This document shows, one piece after another, positions 36,691 to 50,080 of a DNA stretch of 64,000 nt. Within the stretch, counting starts at the first letter, position 1. The number at the start of each line of letters is the position of its first letter. This DNA comes from Camelus dromedarius. Taxonomy: Eukaryota. The notes below the pieces were generated by a model that searched no databases, was not told where the DNA came from, and was given only the letters and a program-made list of their open reading frames with translations. The DNA lies in contig NC_087437.1 of the NCBI RefSeq assembly GCF_036321535.1, forward strand, positions 47,990,001-48,054,000, written 5' to 3'. The translations under genes were made by a program, and so were the position numbers.

Positions 36691-38019
36691 AGACCAATAT
36701 CATTTGATATCACTTATATGTAGAACCTAAAAAAATGATACAGATGAATTTATTTACAATCCAGAAATAGACTCACAGGCATAGAAAACAAACTTACAGT
36801 TACCAAAGGAGAAAGGGTGGTGGGGAGGTATAAATTAGGAGTTTGGGATTTACAGATACACAATAATATGTATAAGATAGATAAACAAGATCCTACTGTA
36901 TAGCACAAGGAACTATATTCAGTATCTTGTAACAACCTATAATGGAAAAGAATCTGAAAAAGAATATATATAACTGAATCACTTTGCTGTACAACAGACA
37001 TTAACAACATTATAAATCAACTATACTTCAATTAAAAAACCCGCAGATTTCAGAAATTCCATAAAGATCTGTTAATATCAAGCCCACATGTCTAGAAGCA
37101 GTAATTCTCGGGTGGTACACATGGTTTCCACTTCATCACTGTCATCACCAGATCATGACTTTTCCTGCCTCGCTCCTGAAGGTAACTGAATTTGCAACTT
37201 CTGGACAAAAGTGAGCAGGTTTCTTTCTGCATGACTTCTTGGGATCTTCACATACTAATGTGCATTTAAAAATCTCTAAGAGGGGTATATAAGCAGTAAT
37301 CCCTAAATGTTAATTACCTTGAAACTCACGTGCAAGCGTGTGTGTGCATGTGTGTGTGCTACGGTGTTAGGGTTCTCTAGAACATAGCTTGGAAAATGCT
37401 GATCTAGAGACCCAGAGCATGAGCACCTGAGACAGAGCTGTTTGGTGGGATAAATCTGGTATAACATCCTTAGAAGCTATCAGGGATAGGAAATTACCAC
37501 ACATTGTTTTTATGTGATTGTTTCCAGTGAGACTCGTCTCCAATTCGCCAGCAGGTTCTCTGAGCCTCACATCTGCTGTGTGAATCAGAATTCGTCAAGA
37601 TTTTGTTGTTGTTGTTCCAGAAGGGGAAATGAAACCCAGAATGTGGAAGGGAGAATTAAAATAATTTTTGTATGTTTTTCAGAAGGCAACTTGACGTATT
37701 TACCATTTCAGTAGTAACTAGTCATTTACAATGGCTTTTGAAACTATGTATAATTATGTATACAGGTTGGACAAAGACTGGGAGAAACATGAAAAAGTGG
37801 AAACAGTTACTTTCTTAGTGCAGTAGGATTTCTGGGTATTTTCTGACCTTTCCTCCCCAACTTTTTGATTTTCTCTCATTGTTGTGGCTTTTAAAATAAC
37901 ATAAATGAGAGAAAAATCTTTGATAAAAGAATTATTTTCTGGTCACCAACAACTTTAAAGTTCTGTAGCTGGTTCAGGGCCTGCAAAACATGCAAACACT
38001 CTTTATGCTGGGAATAGCA

Positions 38020-38200
38020 ATTAAGAGCAGGAGTTCTGGGGTTAGACCTGGTCATTATCCCAGTTCCGCCACCTAATAGTGGTACGACCTTGAGTAGGTC
38101 ACCGAATCTCTTTGTCCCAGTTTTCCCACATTAAAATGGGAGTAACACTTACTGGTAGGGCTGCTATGAGCTCTGAGTGTCTTGAAAAACATAAAGCACT
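38020..38200 (+). mobile_element. MIR SINE
   Basis: ttaagagcaggagttctggggttagacctgg...atcccagttccgccacct...gaccttgagtaggtcac. Confidence 0.75.
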
Positions 38201-39429
38201 GGGTTCAAAACATAAAGCTCACCCTGGGAAGCTTTCAAACCTATAACTAAGGCAACCTTTGTAAACTGACATGTAAATTGGTTCTTTCCTCTACTGCATT
38301 CCTTCAATGCAGGGCAAGGCCACCAGAGGGACTGTTTTAGAAGCAGTTTCCTCTGTAACAGTATTTCCTGGTGATAAAGAATTTAACTGCATATCTAATG
38401 CCCAGGTAGACACTGCCTTCCACGGTGGAAACCACCCCTCCCCCATCCTGTCAGGATATCTAAGGAAGAAAACCTAGGCCTGTCATTTCGACAGGAAAAG
38501 TCAGATTAAAAATTCACTCATTTTGTATTGATCATATTGCACTGATATTTTGATTTTCTCTTTTGACCACCTGATGGTCTTCACACCAGGGCAACCATTG
38601 TGACCCAGTCTGCCATCTTAAGAGGGTACTAGGAAGGAGAACAGTGGAAGATGCTTTCCTTAACCCTGAAATCAACCGGGTGACTCAATGGCAAGGCAAG
38701 GATTCTGAAGAGCTGCTGGGAGCATCCCCTCCCTGGGTCAGGGTGGTGTTGTCACGTGGGGAGGGGACAGTGTTCACGCCACCTTGAGCTAACATCCAGC
38801 TAGCTGTGGAGTTCATAGCTACTGTGGAGGTAGGCAGTTTCTGTCATACTCACTGGTGCCTTAAAAAAAATGCCAGATGGTCAAAATTATCACACATTCT
38901 CCTTGTGTATTGATTTATTGGCCTGCGAGGATTTATTTGGCTAGAACTAGAGAAATATTTTCTCTGCCAAGGATACTAGGCATTGGATCTAGGGTCTTGG
39001 CAGCAGCTGCCTCATTCTCAGTATCAAAGCACAGAAGCGAAGCCCAGTAAAATGCCAGTTCAGACACTCTATGGGCTCAGGAGAAAATCTGCTGTTGGAA
39101 CGCTCTTTTCTACAGAACCTAATGAAAAATGTAGAGGAGGTTATAGGTAGATTGACAGTCATCTATTTTCAATTATTAGATTGTCCCGGCAAGATCTGCT
39201 GGACTTTAACAAATGAGAATACCTGCATTGCTCTCAGGAGCTGTTATGTAATTAGGAACACACTTTAAAAGGCCAGGAACAACACTGTTTAAAAAGATAC
39301 TTAGACAAGATAGTATTGCTTTTCTAATGTCTTTATAAAATGGATTTTTTCATATGTGACCTCTTCCATTGAGGTAACTCATAAAATCTGAGGGGTAGGA
39401 TCTTTGCAAAGTAATTTACTATATATACT

Positions 39430-40800
39430 TGCACATTTAATTCACTCGGGCAGCAAAATTATTGGCAAGCCTGCTCTGTAACAGGCAATGGTCTAGTCAC
39501 TAGGGTAGACCAGTGAACAAGACAGACGCTGATCCTGCCTCAGTGTGCGGTCTGGTGGGGCACAGATCAGTGCAACTCAGGGCTGCAAGATAAGGGGGGG
39601 AGGTGGTCTGAAACAAAGAGGAGGGGAACCCAACCTAGACTTAAGAGTTCAGGGATCTTTTCTAGAAGCAGGGGAAGCCAACTGAGACTCTAAGAGTGAA
39701 CAGAAGCTAGCCAGGTAATGGGGTGAGGAAAGGACATTTCTGATAGGAGAGACAGCATGTGCAAAAGCTAGAAGGAAGATAACATGGCCTATTCTGGAAA
39801 CTCACAAGGTATTACGATGCCAGTGTAGACATCAAGCTGGGAGTCAGAGTTGCGGATGTTGAGGCAAGTATGGTTCAAATCATGAAGGACCTTATGAAAC
39901 TAGGACCATGAGTTTGGACTCTATTCTATAAGAGCAGTGGGAAGTCATCATTCAGATCTGTGTTTTAGAAAGACTACTTTCCCTGAAATGAAGAGAATGG
40001 AGTGAGTAGGGGCAGTCCAGTCTCCACTCTGGAGGCAGGGAGACAATTACAAGGTCACTGTCTGTTTAAGAAGTGACGATGACCAGAGTAGTGTGTTGGC
40101 AGGGGAGATGGAGAGAAATGGGTGGATTTGAGAGAGAGGACTTGGTGTCTGATTAGGTGTTGGAGGAGAGATAGATGTTGTGTGTGGAGGGGGTGTGGGG
40201 GGAGAAGGAAAGAGAGACAGATAGAAAGAAACAGAGAGATACGAGGCTTTTCACTTGGGAGATTCTAGTCCCTGAGTTAAAGAATAGAAGAGGTGAAGTA
40301 GGGTTATAGTTAAGAGCTCAGATCTGGATATGTGTGGCTGAAAGTGTCTTTGGTATGACTGAGCACAGATGTTGAGTAGGCTGTGAGTCTGGGTCTCAGG
40401 AGGAAAGTCAGAGCCGCGCATGTGGATTTTGGAGTCATCAGCGTGTGAGTGGTGATGAATCACACGGGAGGATGCACTCACCCAGTGAGAGGTGTCGGGA
40501 GAGGAGAGCAGGCTGCCCAGGGTTGCAGCCCAGGGAACATCAGCAACAAGAAAAGGCAGAGGAGGAAGAACTCACTTGAGAAGGAGAAAGAGGATGGGTT
40601 CAGAAAATCCAAAGGAAGAGAACCCTTAAGTGGGGGAAGTGTCTGATGACGTGAAATGCTGCAAAGAGGTTAAATTAGGCTAAAGGGCACCTATGAGTGT
40701 GGACAGTAATGGAGACCTGAGGATTTTGTCCAGAGCAATGTCCATAGAACAGGGGTGGAAGCCAAATTGCCACAGATTGAGAGCAAGTGAGAGTAAACAC
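39430..40800 (-). mobile_element. L2 LINE, long fragment
   Basis: Reversed L2 3' end (cagtgaacaagacagacgctgatcctgcctcag; cagcatgtgcaaaagctaga; tttggactctattct; gtggattttggagtcatcagc). Confidence 0.8.
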
Positions 40801-42584
40801 ATACACACAGTCGTGTTGTAACAGTAAATACAACCATCTTTGGTGTTTGTGGAGTTACTGCAACTATGAAGTAGCTGGAAAATCCCCACCTTTGCTTAAC
40901 TGTTTTTTTTCCCCTCAGTTTTATGCATTTATAACTATCCACCCACCTGTCTATCTACTTATTTATCTATCTTACAGTGAGCCGTTAAGCCAAGTACCTT
41001 ATCTGAATTATAGCCAAGGCTAGGGATAGAATGAGGTAGGGAAAGGGACAGCCATGTTTTCTTTTCCTGTTTATTATCTCATAGAACCTGAGCATCACAA
41101 CAGGAAGAAAGAAGCCTCAGGAGCATCTAGTCAACCTTTCCCTATGGGGATGAAATGTGGGGGGCAGGACTGGGGAGAAGAGAGACAAATTAGGAGGCTA
41201 TTGTAGAAATTTAGGTTGAGACGAGGGTGATTGCAATGGGAACAGAGAGAAAAGACTGAGTCAGAGATTTTCTAAGTGAAGAAAATAAAAGGATTTAGTG
41301 ACAAAACTGCATTGCTTCTTACTGAGAGCAACAATATAACAGTATTGCCACCCTGAATGTATATAATTTCTAAAGAGCTTTCAAGTGTACTAACTTATTT
41401 GACCTTCATAAGTGACTTCTACAAGGTCAGTAGCTAGTTAATAACCAACCCAGGGCCAGACCCACAGCTCCTAATTCCTGTCCTTACACCTTTTTCATTA
41501 ATGCAACCTTGTTTCCCTCATCCTGCTCTGCAGCTTTAACTTGTCTTTAACGTTAAGGATCAGTCAAGGTTGTTGCTTGGCAAATATTGTCTTGGTTGGA
41601 GAAAAGAGCAGAACAGAGCCCTTCTGCTTGTCTCTTGTCACTTAATTTTCTGAGACAAACCAAGTTCATTCTGTTTAGAAACACAAGGTCACTGATACTG
41701 CATTCAGCTTCGTCTCTATCAGGAATGAAGGAAACTGCGATGGAATGTTAAAATGGGACTCTTTCAGTTGAAGTTTTGGCTGTGGTTCCAAGAAAAGGAA
41801 AGGAAAAAAGAATGAAACAACAGGTGCATGACTACCTGTGCAGGACTTGTAAAAGGAATAGTTTTGTAAATATAAATAAAATTTCTCTCCCTCTCTCTCT
41901 GTATATACCCCCCAAGATTCAGCCTGTAATCCTTACAGGATTAGGATCCTTATATGGCTAATTTGAAGGGGCTGGGGACAGCATTTCCATAAAATGAATG
42001 GCCAAGGATGTGTGTTTCTAATGACCAGGTCTGGGCCACCAGGCGGGGGAGCCAACCTGGAGCCATCTTAAATTCCACCCCAAAGGACTTCCTGGAAGGT
42101 TGAGGATTGGTGACCTTGTCATTGGAACTGCAGCTGGCTATTCCCAGCACGAATCTCTGAGAGACCCACACAAGCAGAACATGAGAGGATGTGCTCGTGT
42201 TAAACATTCACTGGACACAGAAAACACCCGTGCAGGGCATGCCAGCACCTGCAATGTAAATAAAGCTAGGCTCCTTCCCCTAGTCCTCACTGCTGTGGTC
42301 CTACCCTGGAGGGCTCGGAAACTCTGACTACTGAGCTGAAGTGGAGGGAGTAGAGCCGGGAGAGAGAACATTCTCCTGGTGGCTTTCCCACTACAAAGGA
42401 TCAGGCCTGAAGGTGCTCCTAGTTCAGGGAGGCAAGGAGCTCTAAATTGTAAATATGGAAGGAGGCACACAATTATTAGAGAGGACTGGATATCTTAGTT
42501 ATTGAAACAACACTGTTCTTGAGACCAAAAATGTCTGGAGGACTTTTTATCATCTTAGACTGACTGCAAAATTGATGGAACTCT

Positions 42585-42968
42585 TTTAGGTTGAATTGTG
42601 TTTTCCCAAAAGATATGGTGGAGTCCTAGCCTCTGGTATCTGTGAGTGTGATCGTATCTGAAAATGAGCCTTTGCAGATGTAATCAAGTTCGGATGAGGT
42701 TCTTATGGTGGACCCTTAATCCAGTATCACTGATGTCCCTATAAGAAGAAGGGAATTTAGACACAGACACAGAGGGAAGAAGAACATGTGAAGCTGGGGG
42801 AGAGACTGGAGTTATGCTACCACAAGCCAAAGAACACCTGGGGCTTCCAGAAACAGGAAGAAGCAAGGAAGGATACACCCTGGAGGATTAAGGGGAGCAT
42901 GGCCCTGCCAGCTCCTTGATTTCAGACTTATTTCCAGAGCTGTGAGTCACTAAATTTCCTTTATTTCA
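42585..42968 (+). mobile_element. MaLR LTR (MLT1B/C-like)
   Basis: ggttgaattgtgttttcccaaaagatat...ctttgcagatgtaatcaagtt...gcatggccctgccagctccttgatttcagact. Confidence 0.85.
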
Positions 42969-43159
42969 GTCAGAGGCTAGATCACAAATGGGGTTTGAAT
43001 GGGCAGTAGAAGATTCCACGAGGTTTTTTTCACTCTCGCCCTAGCAAGTTCTGCCCATTAATTGAAACGCTAGCCAAGAGACCTACTGCCTATTTGTTTA
43101 TGCAACAAATACCAGTTGTGAATGAACGATTCCCCTACCTTACTGAGATGTACCCTTTC

Positions 43160-43335
43160 TTGCACTCTCATTTAATTCCTCAAATGGGCTTATGTGCATT
43201 ATTTCTATTTTTATAAACAAGGAAGCTGGCGTCACAGAGCTTAAATAACTTGCCCAAGGGCAACGACTCAGCATGCACAACTGAGATCTGAACAGAGGTC
43301 TCCCTGACTCCAGCCTGTGCTTCTTCACTGTACTA
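43160..43335 (-). mobile_element. MIR SINE
   Basis: catttaattcctca...aaggaagctggcgtcacagagcttaaataacttgcccaagg...tccctgactcca. Confidence 0.8.
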
Positions 43336-43894
43336 TCATCAGATTAGTCCCGCCACAACTGGTGAGATGTCAAATGGCTTGTGTTTTCTTATAGTCCATG
43401 TTCAGAGAACTATGCCTTATTTTGAAATGATTTCTTAGACTCTGGATGCAAGAATATATTTTTCTTGGCAATTGTGGCTTTTAAAAAGACTAACTGAAAA
43501 GTCTGTCTATAGGAAAACAGGCAGAGAATAGACTGGGTAGCTCAAATAAATTCAACACATATTAAATTTTAGATTCTACGTCCATGCTTTGTTCTTGGAT
43601 TACAAAGCTAAAAAAAAAGATGGTTCTTGACCTCAAGGAACTCACAGTCACTTGGGAGGAATTTTTTTGGATTATTGAGAAGTATTATAGACTAGAAGTC
43701 ACAAGACGTGGACTCCTGTCCTGGTGCCACCACTCCTTAGGGGTGTGATGTCACCAAATCAAATAATCTTTTTTCATTTCCAAATTTTGGGAACTTTCTC
43801 TGTAAACTGTGAAGAGTAACACCACAGTTAGGTGATGTTATTTTTTTTTATTAATAAAAACACTTTAAAAATAATTTCACATTTCAATTTATTT

Positions 43895-44020
43895 AAAAAA
43901 ATTTTGGTGGGGGAGGTCTTAGGTTTTTATTTATTTATTTATTTAATGGCAGTACCAGGGATTGAACCCAGGACCTTGTGCAGGCTAAGCACATGCTTAC
44001 CACTTAACTATACTCTCCCC
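43895..44020 (-). mobile_element. tRNA-derived SINE, camelid Vic-1-like
   Basis: The minus strand reads ggggagagtatagttaagtggtaagcatgtgcttagcctgcacaaggtcctgggttcaatccctggtac (Pol III A/B boxes), then an (aaat)n tail. Candidate TSD aaaacacttt at 43857-43866 and 44021-44030. Confidence 0.8.
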
Positions 44021-44092
44021 AAAACACTTTTCTTGTATGATTAAAATCCAAAGAGATGTGACACAAAATATCAATCAATAATGGATGCTGCT

Positions 44093-44663
44093 CACTATTT
44101 ATAATAGCCAAGACATGGAAACAACCTAAATGTCCACTGACAGATGACTGGATAAACAAGTTGTGGCATACATGTATGTGTGTACATGTATACACACACA
44201 CACACACAGGAATACTACTCAACCATAAAAAAGAATAAAATAATGCCATTTGCAGCAACACAGATGGATCTGGAGATTGTCATATTAAGTGCAGTAAGCC
44301 AGAAAGAGAAAGAAAAATATCATATGGTATCACTAATATGTGGAATATTAAAAAAAAAAGACACACTTATCAACAAAACAGACTCAGACACAGAAAACAA
44401 ACTTAATGGTTATCAGGGGGTAAAGGGAGTGGGAAGGGATAAATTGGGAGTTTGAAATTTGCAGGTACTATCTAGTCTATATAAAATAGGTATACAAGTT
44501 TATACTGTATATCACAAGGAACTATATTCAACACCTTGTAGTAACCTATAGTGAAAAAGAATATATGTATGTATGTGTATGAGTGAAACATGCTGTACAC
44601 CAGAAATTGACACAACATTGTAAACTGACTAACATTCAATTTAAAAAAATAGAAAAAAAAAAC
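44093..44663 (+). mobile_element. 5'-truncated L1 with perfect 14-bp TSD
   Basis: TSD taatggatgctgct at 44079-44092 and 44664-44677. Contains the ORF2 end (IMPFAATQMDLEIVILS), the 3' UTR and an A tail. Confidence 0.95.
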
Positions 44664-45109
44664 TAATGGATGCTGCTAACTAGTCAAGCACAAACAACCC
44701 TGTTTAAGTCCTTTAAGGACAAAACTGCATTAGGGCCCCCCTCCTTTTTTTCCCTTGGAGACAGAGCTTGTGATTTATTTTTTAAAAGAATATTTAGAAT
44801 ATGAAGAACATTGCTGACTCAAGAGAAATGTAAAGGTCAATTGTTGCATCTAAGCTGTGCTGTCATGGCATTTGAATAATTAAAAGGTTGTTTTCAGAGA
44901 TAATTGTAGTCCCACATTTTAACTAAGTATTTAATGATAATAAACTATAAACATGCTGTTTTTGTATGGGGAACTCCCCAGAGCCTACTAACTGTCCAGA
45001 TGGCAGGAAATACAAGGATTAAAATGTATTTAAATTAGGGATCACCCAGATCTTTCAAACTAGAATAAGTGAGTGTTGAAGGATTTTTAAGCAACTATTT
45101 TATTAAAAA

Positions 45110-45230
45110 AATTTTTTTGGGGGGGTAATTAGTTTTATTTATTTATTCTTTAAATGGAGACACTGGGGATTGAACCCAGGACCTCATGAATGCTAAACAT
45201 TTTCTCTACCACTGAGCTATATACTCCCCA
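45110..45230 (-). mobile_element. tRNA-derived SINE, camelid Vic-1-like
   Basis: The minus strand reads gggagtatatagctcagtggtagag...gaggtcctgggttcaatccccagtg, followed by an aaataaataaaactaattacccccc tail. Confidence 0.8.
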
Positions 45231-45529
45231 CCAAGAGGGTATTTTAGAGTATTCCTTAAACTCAAAGTATGAGAGGACAGGGCTTTTATTTCATTTGGGC
45301 TTTTGTTTTGGGGTTGATTTTTTTAAAATAAAATACTTTAAAAATATTTTTTTAAGTTATGTAAAACTGTTTCCTGGTAGGCAAATTAGAGAAAAAATAG
45401 ATGAACAAAAAGAAAAAAATAACCCTACTTATTCTACTATCTAGATATAATAACTGGGAGCACTCTGATGTATCTTAATTTAGGTTTTTCCCCTAGGTGT
45501 ATGTATAAAACCCACTGCTCATGAACACT

Positions 45530-45700
45530 CAGTCTTAGGCCCAGTTACTTCCATCTCTGAGCTCCAGTTTTCTCATCCATAAAAAGGAGTCAAATATTAC
45601 CTCATAGGGTAGTTGTGAGGAGTAAATTTCATAATACTTACAAAATATTTAGCAGAGTAGCTGGAACATAACTGTAATAGCTAGCAGTTATTGAGTATTA
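45530..45700 (+). mobile_element. MIR SINE
   Basis: agttacttccatctctgagctccagttttctcatccataaaa...acctcatagggtagttgtgaggagtaaat. Confidence 0.75.
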
Positions 45701-45719
45701 TTTCATTATTGTGGAAGTG

Positions 45720-48700
45720 GAACTTTACTGTATGAGACTGTTTAACCTTTAATTATGGACATTAACACGTGTCAATAAATATACAACTATTACATCATTT
45801 TAATGACACTGTGGTATCCCATTATACAGATTTATCTCAATACATTTCACCTTCTCCTACTATTGCTATTATAAAAATTTGTATCAAATATCCTTGGGCA
45901 TGTATCTTTATGCAAGAGTCATTATTTCTCTAGGATTATTAAGTTGCTGGGTCAAAAGGCACAAACATTTGGAAGCTTTTGGTATATTTTGAAATTGCCT
46001 TTCTGAAATATCACAGAAGTCCATTCTTCCACTAATACTGAGTATTGTCATTAAAAAAAAAATAATTCTTTTTGCCACAGTGGCCACTAATGATGCTGAA
46101 CTTTTTTTTTTTTTTCTTCCATATTTATATTCCTGGTTGCTAGAAAATTTGTAAACCTGTCTCTGGCTGCTGGGAAGACTTTTAATGATTCAATTTATTT
46201 AATGGTCATAGGACAATTCAGGTTGCATATTTCTTCCTGAGTCAGTACTGGTAAATTATATTCTACTGAGAATTATTTCATTTCTCTAAATTTTTCAACT
46301 TCTGACTTTTTTTTTAAACCACCTTAAGTCTGTTTCATCTTCAGATATGCCTCCCATTTCCCTTTTAATAGTACTTATTTGTGCCTTTTCTCTTTTTTCT
46401 TAACCAACATTATCAGAAGTTTATCAATTTTATTCATCTTAAACCCTGTTTTTGGCTTTCTTGTTCCTATTATATGTTTTCTATTTACTTCTGCTGCTAC
46501 TGTTACTGTTATTCCTTCCTTCCTATTTTCTTTGGGTTCATTGTTCTCTAACTTTTTAGTTGTCTTACGTTGATGCTTAATCTACCAATGTTCAGTCTCC
46601 TCTCCTAAAGTAAGTATGTAAATGTATCTAATACTTACATGTATTGCTTTATCAATATTCTGCAAGTTTCATTTTATAGAATTTTGGCACTACTCAGTTG
46701 GAAGAATTTATTAATTTCCATTACAATCTATTTTGAGGTCATGAGTTATTCTGAAGAGCGTTTTTAAATGACCAAATACATGGAGTTTTGCACTGTGGCC
46801 AGAGAACATGATTTACATGAAACAAATTCTTTGAAATGTGTTGAGACTAGCTGTATGCCATGATCGAATTTGGTAACTGTTCTAGGTGTGTCTGGAAAGG
46901 ATGTATATTCTGCAGTTGTGTGGAGTGTTTTATATTTGGCCACTAGATTAAATCCTCTGTGTTTTTACTGATCTCTTTCTGCATGATACCGATTTCTTAG
47001 AGAGGTATATTAAAATATCTGTTAAAATGGTAGAGTTATTTATTTCTCCTTCTAGTTTTATCCATTTTTGCTTTATACATTTTGATTATATCTTTTCAGT
47101 CTTATGCAAGTTTGGGATGGTTTTATCTTCCTGTGAACTGAGCCTTTTATATTAGAAATCTTTGTTGCCTTTAGTATTGCTTTTGCCTTAAAGTTTTTTT
47201 TCTGATGCTAATAGCTATGTCAGCTTTCTTTGGTTAGTTTACTTGGTATATATTTTCCATGATTTTTCTTTCAGACTTTTCATGTCCTAATGTTTCTGGT
47301 GTGTCTTTTATAAACAGTCTAGAATTAGTTTTATTTTAAATCTAGTCAGCTAATCTTTGTCATTTAATTGGAGAGATGGGATAATTTACACAATAACTGA
47401 TGTATGTGGATAGATTTCTCCATCTTATTTTGTTCTATTTGGTCTACCTTTCTAAAATATTTTTCTCCTTTTCTACTATCTTTTGGAATGACTACATTTA
47501 AAAAAATTCCTTACTTCTATTTTTTCTCCTTCAATAGATTGTTAAGTCATACATTCTATTTCTGTCATTTTTGTGATTACCCTTAAAAATTTAACATGCA
47601 TATTTCATTAGTCTAAAGTTAATACATATATTTCTCCACCTGAAAAACACAAAAATTTAGACACTAAATTTTTATATTTAAAAATTATATATTATATTTT
47701 TTCTTAAAGTTCTATTTTTTTCAAATTTTCCCAGTTACTATTGACAACCATTTGTCTTTTAATGATATTTTTCAATTCCCTCTTTTATGAAACATTACTC
47801 TTTTACATTCTATATCTGATAATTCTCAAGTCTTTGAGGTATGATCTTTTGTTTTTCTGACTCTCACTGTTTCCCTTCTTGAGTGTGTGAGATATCCAAT
47901 TTTTAACTTAAAGTATTTTAGGAAATTTATCTGTGAAAATTTCCTAAAGCTTGGCTTGAGAAGCATTCCTTTACAGAGAATGTGTATGTGTTTATGTACA
48001 TGTATATTTATGTATGTGTATCATATATGTGCATATGTTATGTGCCATATGTGTGGTTTAATGTACACACGTGTGTATGTGTTTATGTATGTGTTTGTGT
48101 GTATGTATGTGTGTTTGTGTATGTATGCATATTGGGCAAATGGCTGGAGGTACCAATATGAGGGGCTGCTTTAAATTGAATTCTTGGCTTAATACTTTTA
48201 GGACCATGCACCTATGAATTATAGCCTAATTTGCCTGAAGACTGCTCATTGTTCCACATTCTCTTAGGGGAACTCCCCTAACCAATTCTATATTTTTTTT
48301 TAGAGTTCCTCAAAGCTTCTGCTCTGTTACTGTATCCTTATCTATTATCAGTAATTAATACACACTCCCCCCTCCCCCAATTTATCCTTCTTTAAAGTGT
48401 GGGCTTTCAAGTACCCTGGATTTTAAAAAACTTAACTCTCCACTTTTTTTAGGTCTGAGACTTTGTTTATTATCAACTATGTGACTGTTAAAATCCTTAG
48501 CTGCAAGTAAATGGCATTAACAGATAATTTAAGGTAGCTGCTAGTGTTAGTTTTTATTCTGAATTTATGTTCCTACTTCACATTTTTGGCCTCTGGGAAC
48601 TTCTCTTACGCTGTTTAATGCTAATTCACACACTTAAAAAGATGTTCAATATTTGTGTTTGAATATTAATATTTACAGTAGAAGACTGAAGGATACCTGG

Positions 48701-49500
48701 TCTACCATACTGTAGACCTTTCTTTGGACTTTTAACTTTTTATTTTCTATGTTTGGTTATATATTCAATGCATAAAAATTCATAGTTCTTATATCTTCAA
48801 TATAAAATTTACTTGTAATCAGTGTAAACTGTCCATATTCCATTTACTCCTTTTTGGTTTGAATTCTACTTTATCTAGTATTGTGTCTAGTATAGCTTTG
48901 CCCATCTCATTATTACTAATTTTCTGTGTAATTATGCTTTCTGTATAATTTTGTTTGGATGAATTTCTTTTAAAAAACACAATTGTAATTTATATTTGAA
49001 ATTGTAAGAGTATCTTTGTTTTCTAACAGAAGAATTTAACTAATTCATATTTATTGTGGAAACTGAGATAAGAGAACTGACTTTGGCTCTTTCCCCCATC
49101 ACCTGCCATACTGCCATACTTTCTCCTGTTTTGTCCTTTATTAAATTGAAAGTGTTACATTAACTTTTACTGTATTAGTAGTTACAGTTCAATTAAAAAC
49201 AATTTTGACCTTTTACTTCTCTACTGTATCAATAACCAATGTAATATTGAATTCCTTCATTTAACATGAGCGATTATTTATCCTTTTTACTCCTTTCAAC
49301 TTGTACTTTAGCCTCCCAGTATTTGCTGAAAAATCAAGTTTTAGACCTTGATTGTTAATAAAGATATTACATGCGTTTTATTTCAGAAGTAATCTTAGAA
49401 TATTCTTAGAAATTCTTCATACTTTTTGGCATTTTAGTGGTATCCATTCCTATCATTCAGTACTGATAAAGATTTTTTCCACCTGTGTTTTGTTTCTTCG
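45720..49500 (-). mobile_element. Ancient L1M-type fragments (patchwork)
   Basis: T-rich plus strand with old L1 motifs (ttgctgggtcaaaagg; tgtggccagagaacatg; tgtatattctgcagttg; cagctttctttggttag). Boundaries are approximate. Confidence 0.65.
47980..48130. repeat. Degenerate (TG)/(TATG)n simple repeat
   Basis: tgtgtatgtgtttatgtacatgtat...gtatgtatgtgtgtttgtgtatgtatgc. Confidence 0.85.
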
Positions 49501-49849
49501 ATTATGTCAATGAAAACTGAGACAGAGGAGTTAAGAGCAGGTTAAAATCAGAGAAATAAAATTCAGAAAATTAAATTTCCCTTAAATCGCATTTAATTTG
49601 GATGTACCAGGGTTGCCTCTATATATTGATACATCATTAAAACACATGAAGCCAACTTCAAGTTTATTAAAGAATAATGCAGATCTTTTATGGCAGCTTT
49701 TCTTAAAGAAGTGTTAACAGTCCCTTATCTTGAAGGTATAAATTCATTTACTTCTGATGAGTTGTGTAAGTTTCACTGGGAATCAAGAGATTTAAATTTT
49801 AGATCCACTAATGTTATTAGGCTTCGGAAATTCTACTTAAAATCTCTGG

Positions 49850-50080
49850 AGAAAGGCAGTATTATGTACTTTTTAGTCATTGTCCTTGGATTGCAAGGCT
49901 TGAGTTTGAATTCTGACTGTTCCTACTTACTAATGTATTACTATGCACCTTTGGGTAATTTCTCCATCTACAAATGGGTTACTACTGTTTAACTCTTAAG
50001 ATTATTTTGAGAATTAAATGTGATAGCATATGTGCAAAACTAAGTGCAGGCTTGACAAATAACAGATGCTTAACAATGTG
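49850..50080 (+). mobile_element. MIR SINE
   Basis: gagtttgaattctgactgttcctacttacta...tctccatctacaaatggg...tttgagaattaaatgtgata. Confidence 0.75.

Larger units (their letters stand above)
30520..37035 (+). mobile_element. Full-length (~6.5 kb) decayed L1 LINE with target-site duplication
   Basis: The 5' end caagatggtgg is a YY1-like motif. ORF1 and ORF2 remnants, the 3' UTR and a short A tail are present. The TSD is aaaacccagatttcag (30504-30519) / aaaacccgcagatttcag (37036-37053). Confidence 0.97.

Noticed and set aside
30520..37035. Active reverse-transcriptase system or novel retro-element
   Set aside because: Standard L1 architecture, with many stops and frameshifts in both ORFs.
38317..38335. 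CTCF-like motif ggccaccagagggac (similar at ~6263 and ~42033)
   Set aside because: Mismatches at high-information positions; not supportable from sequence alone.
43940..45230. tRNA genes
   Set aside because: The A/B-box sequences lack a full cloverleaf and are followed by SINE tails, so they are tRNA-derived SINEs.
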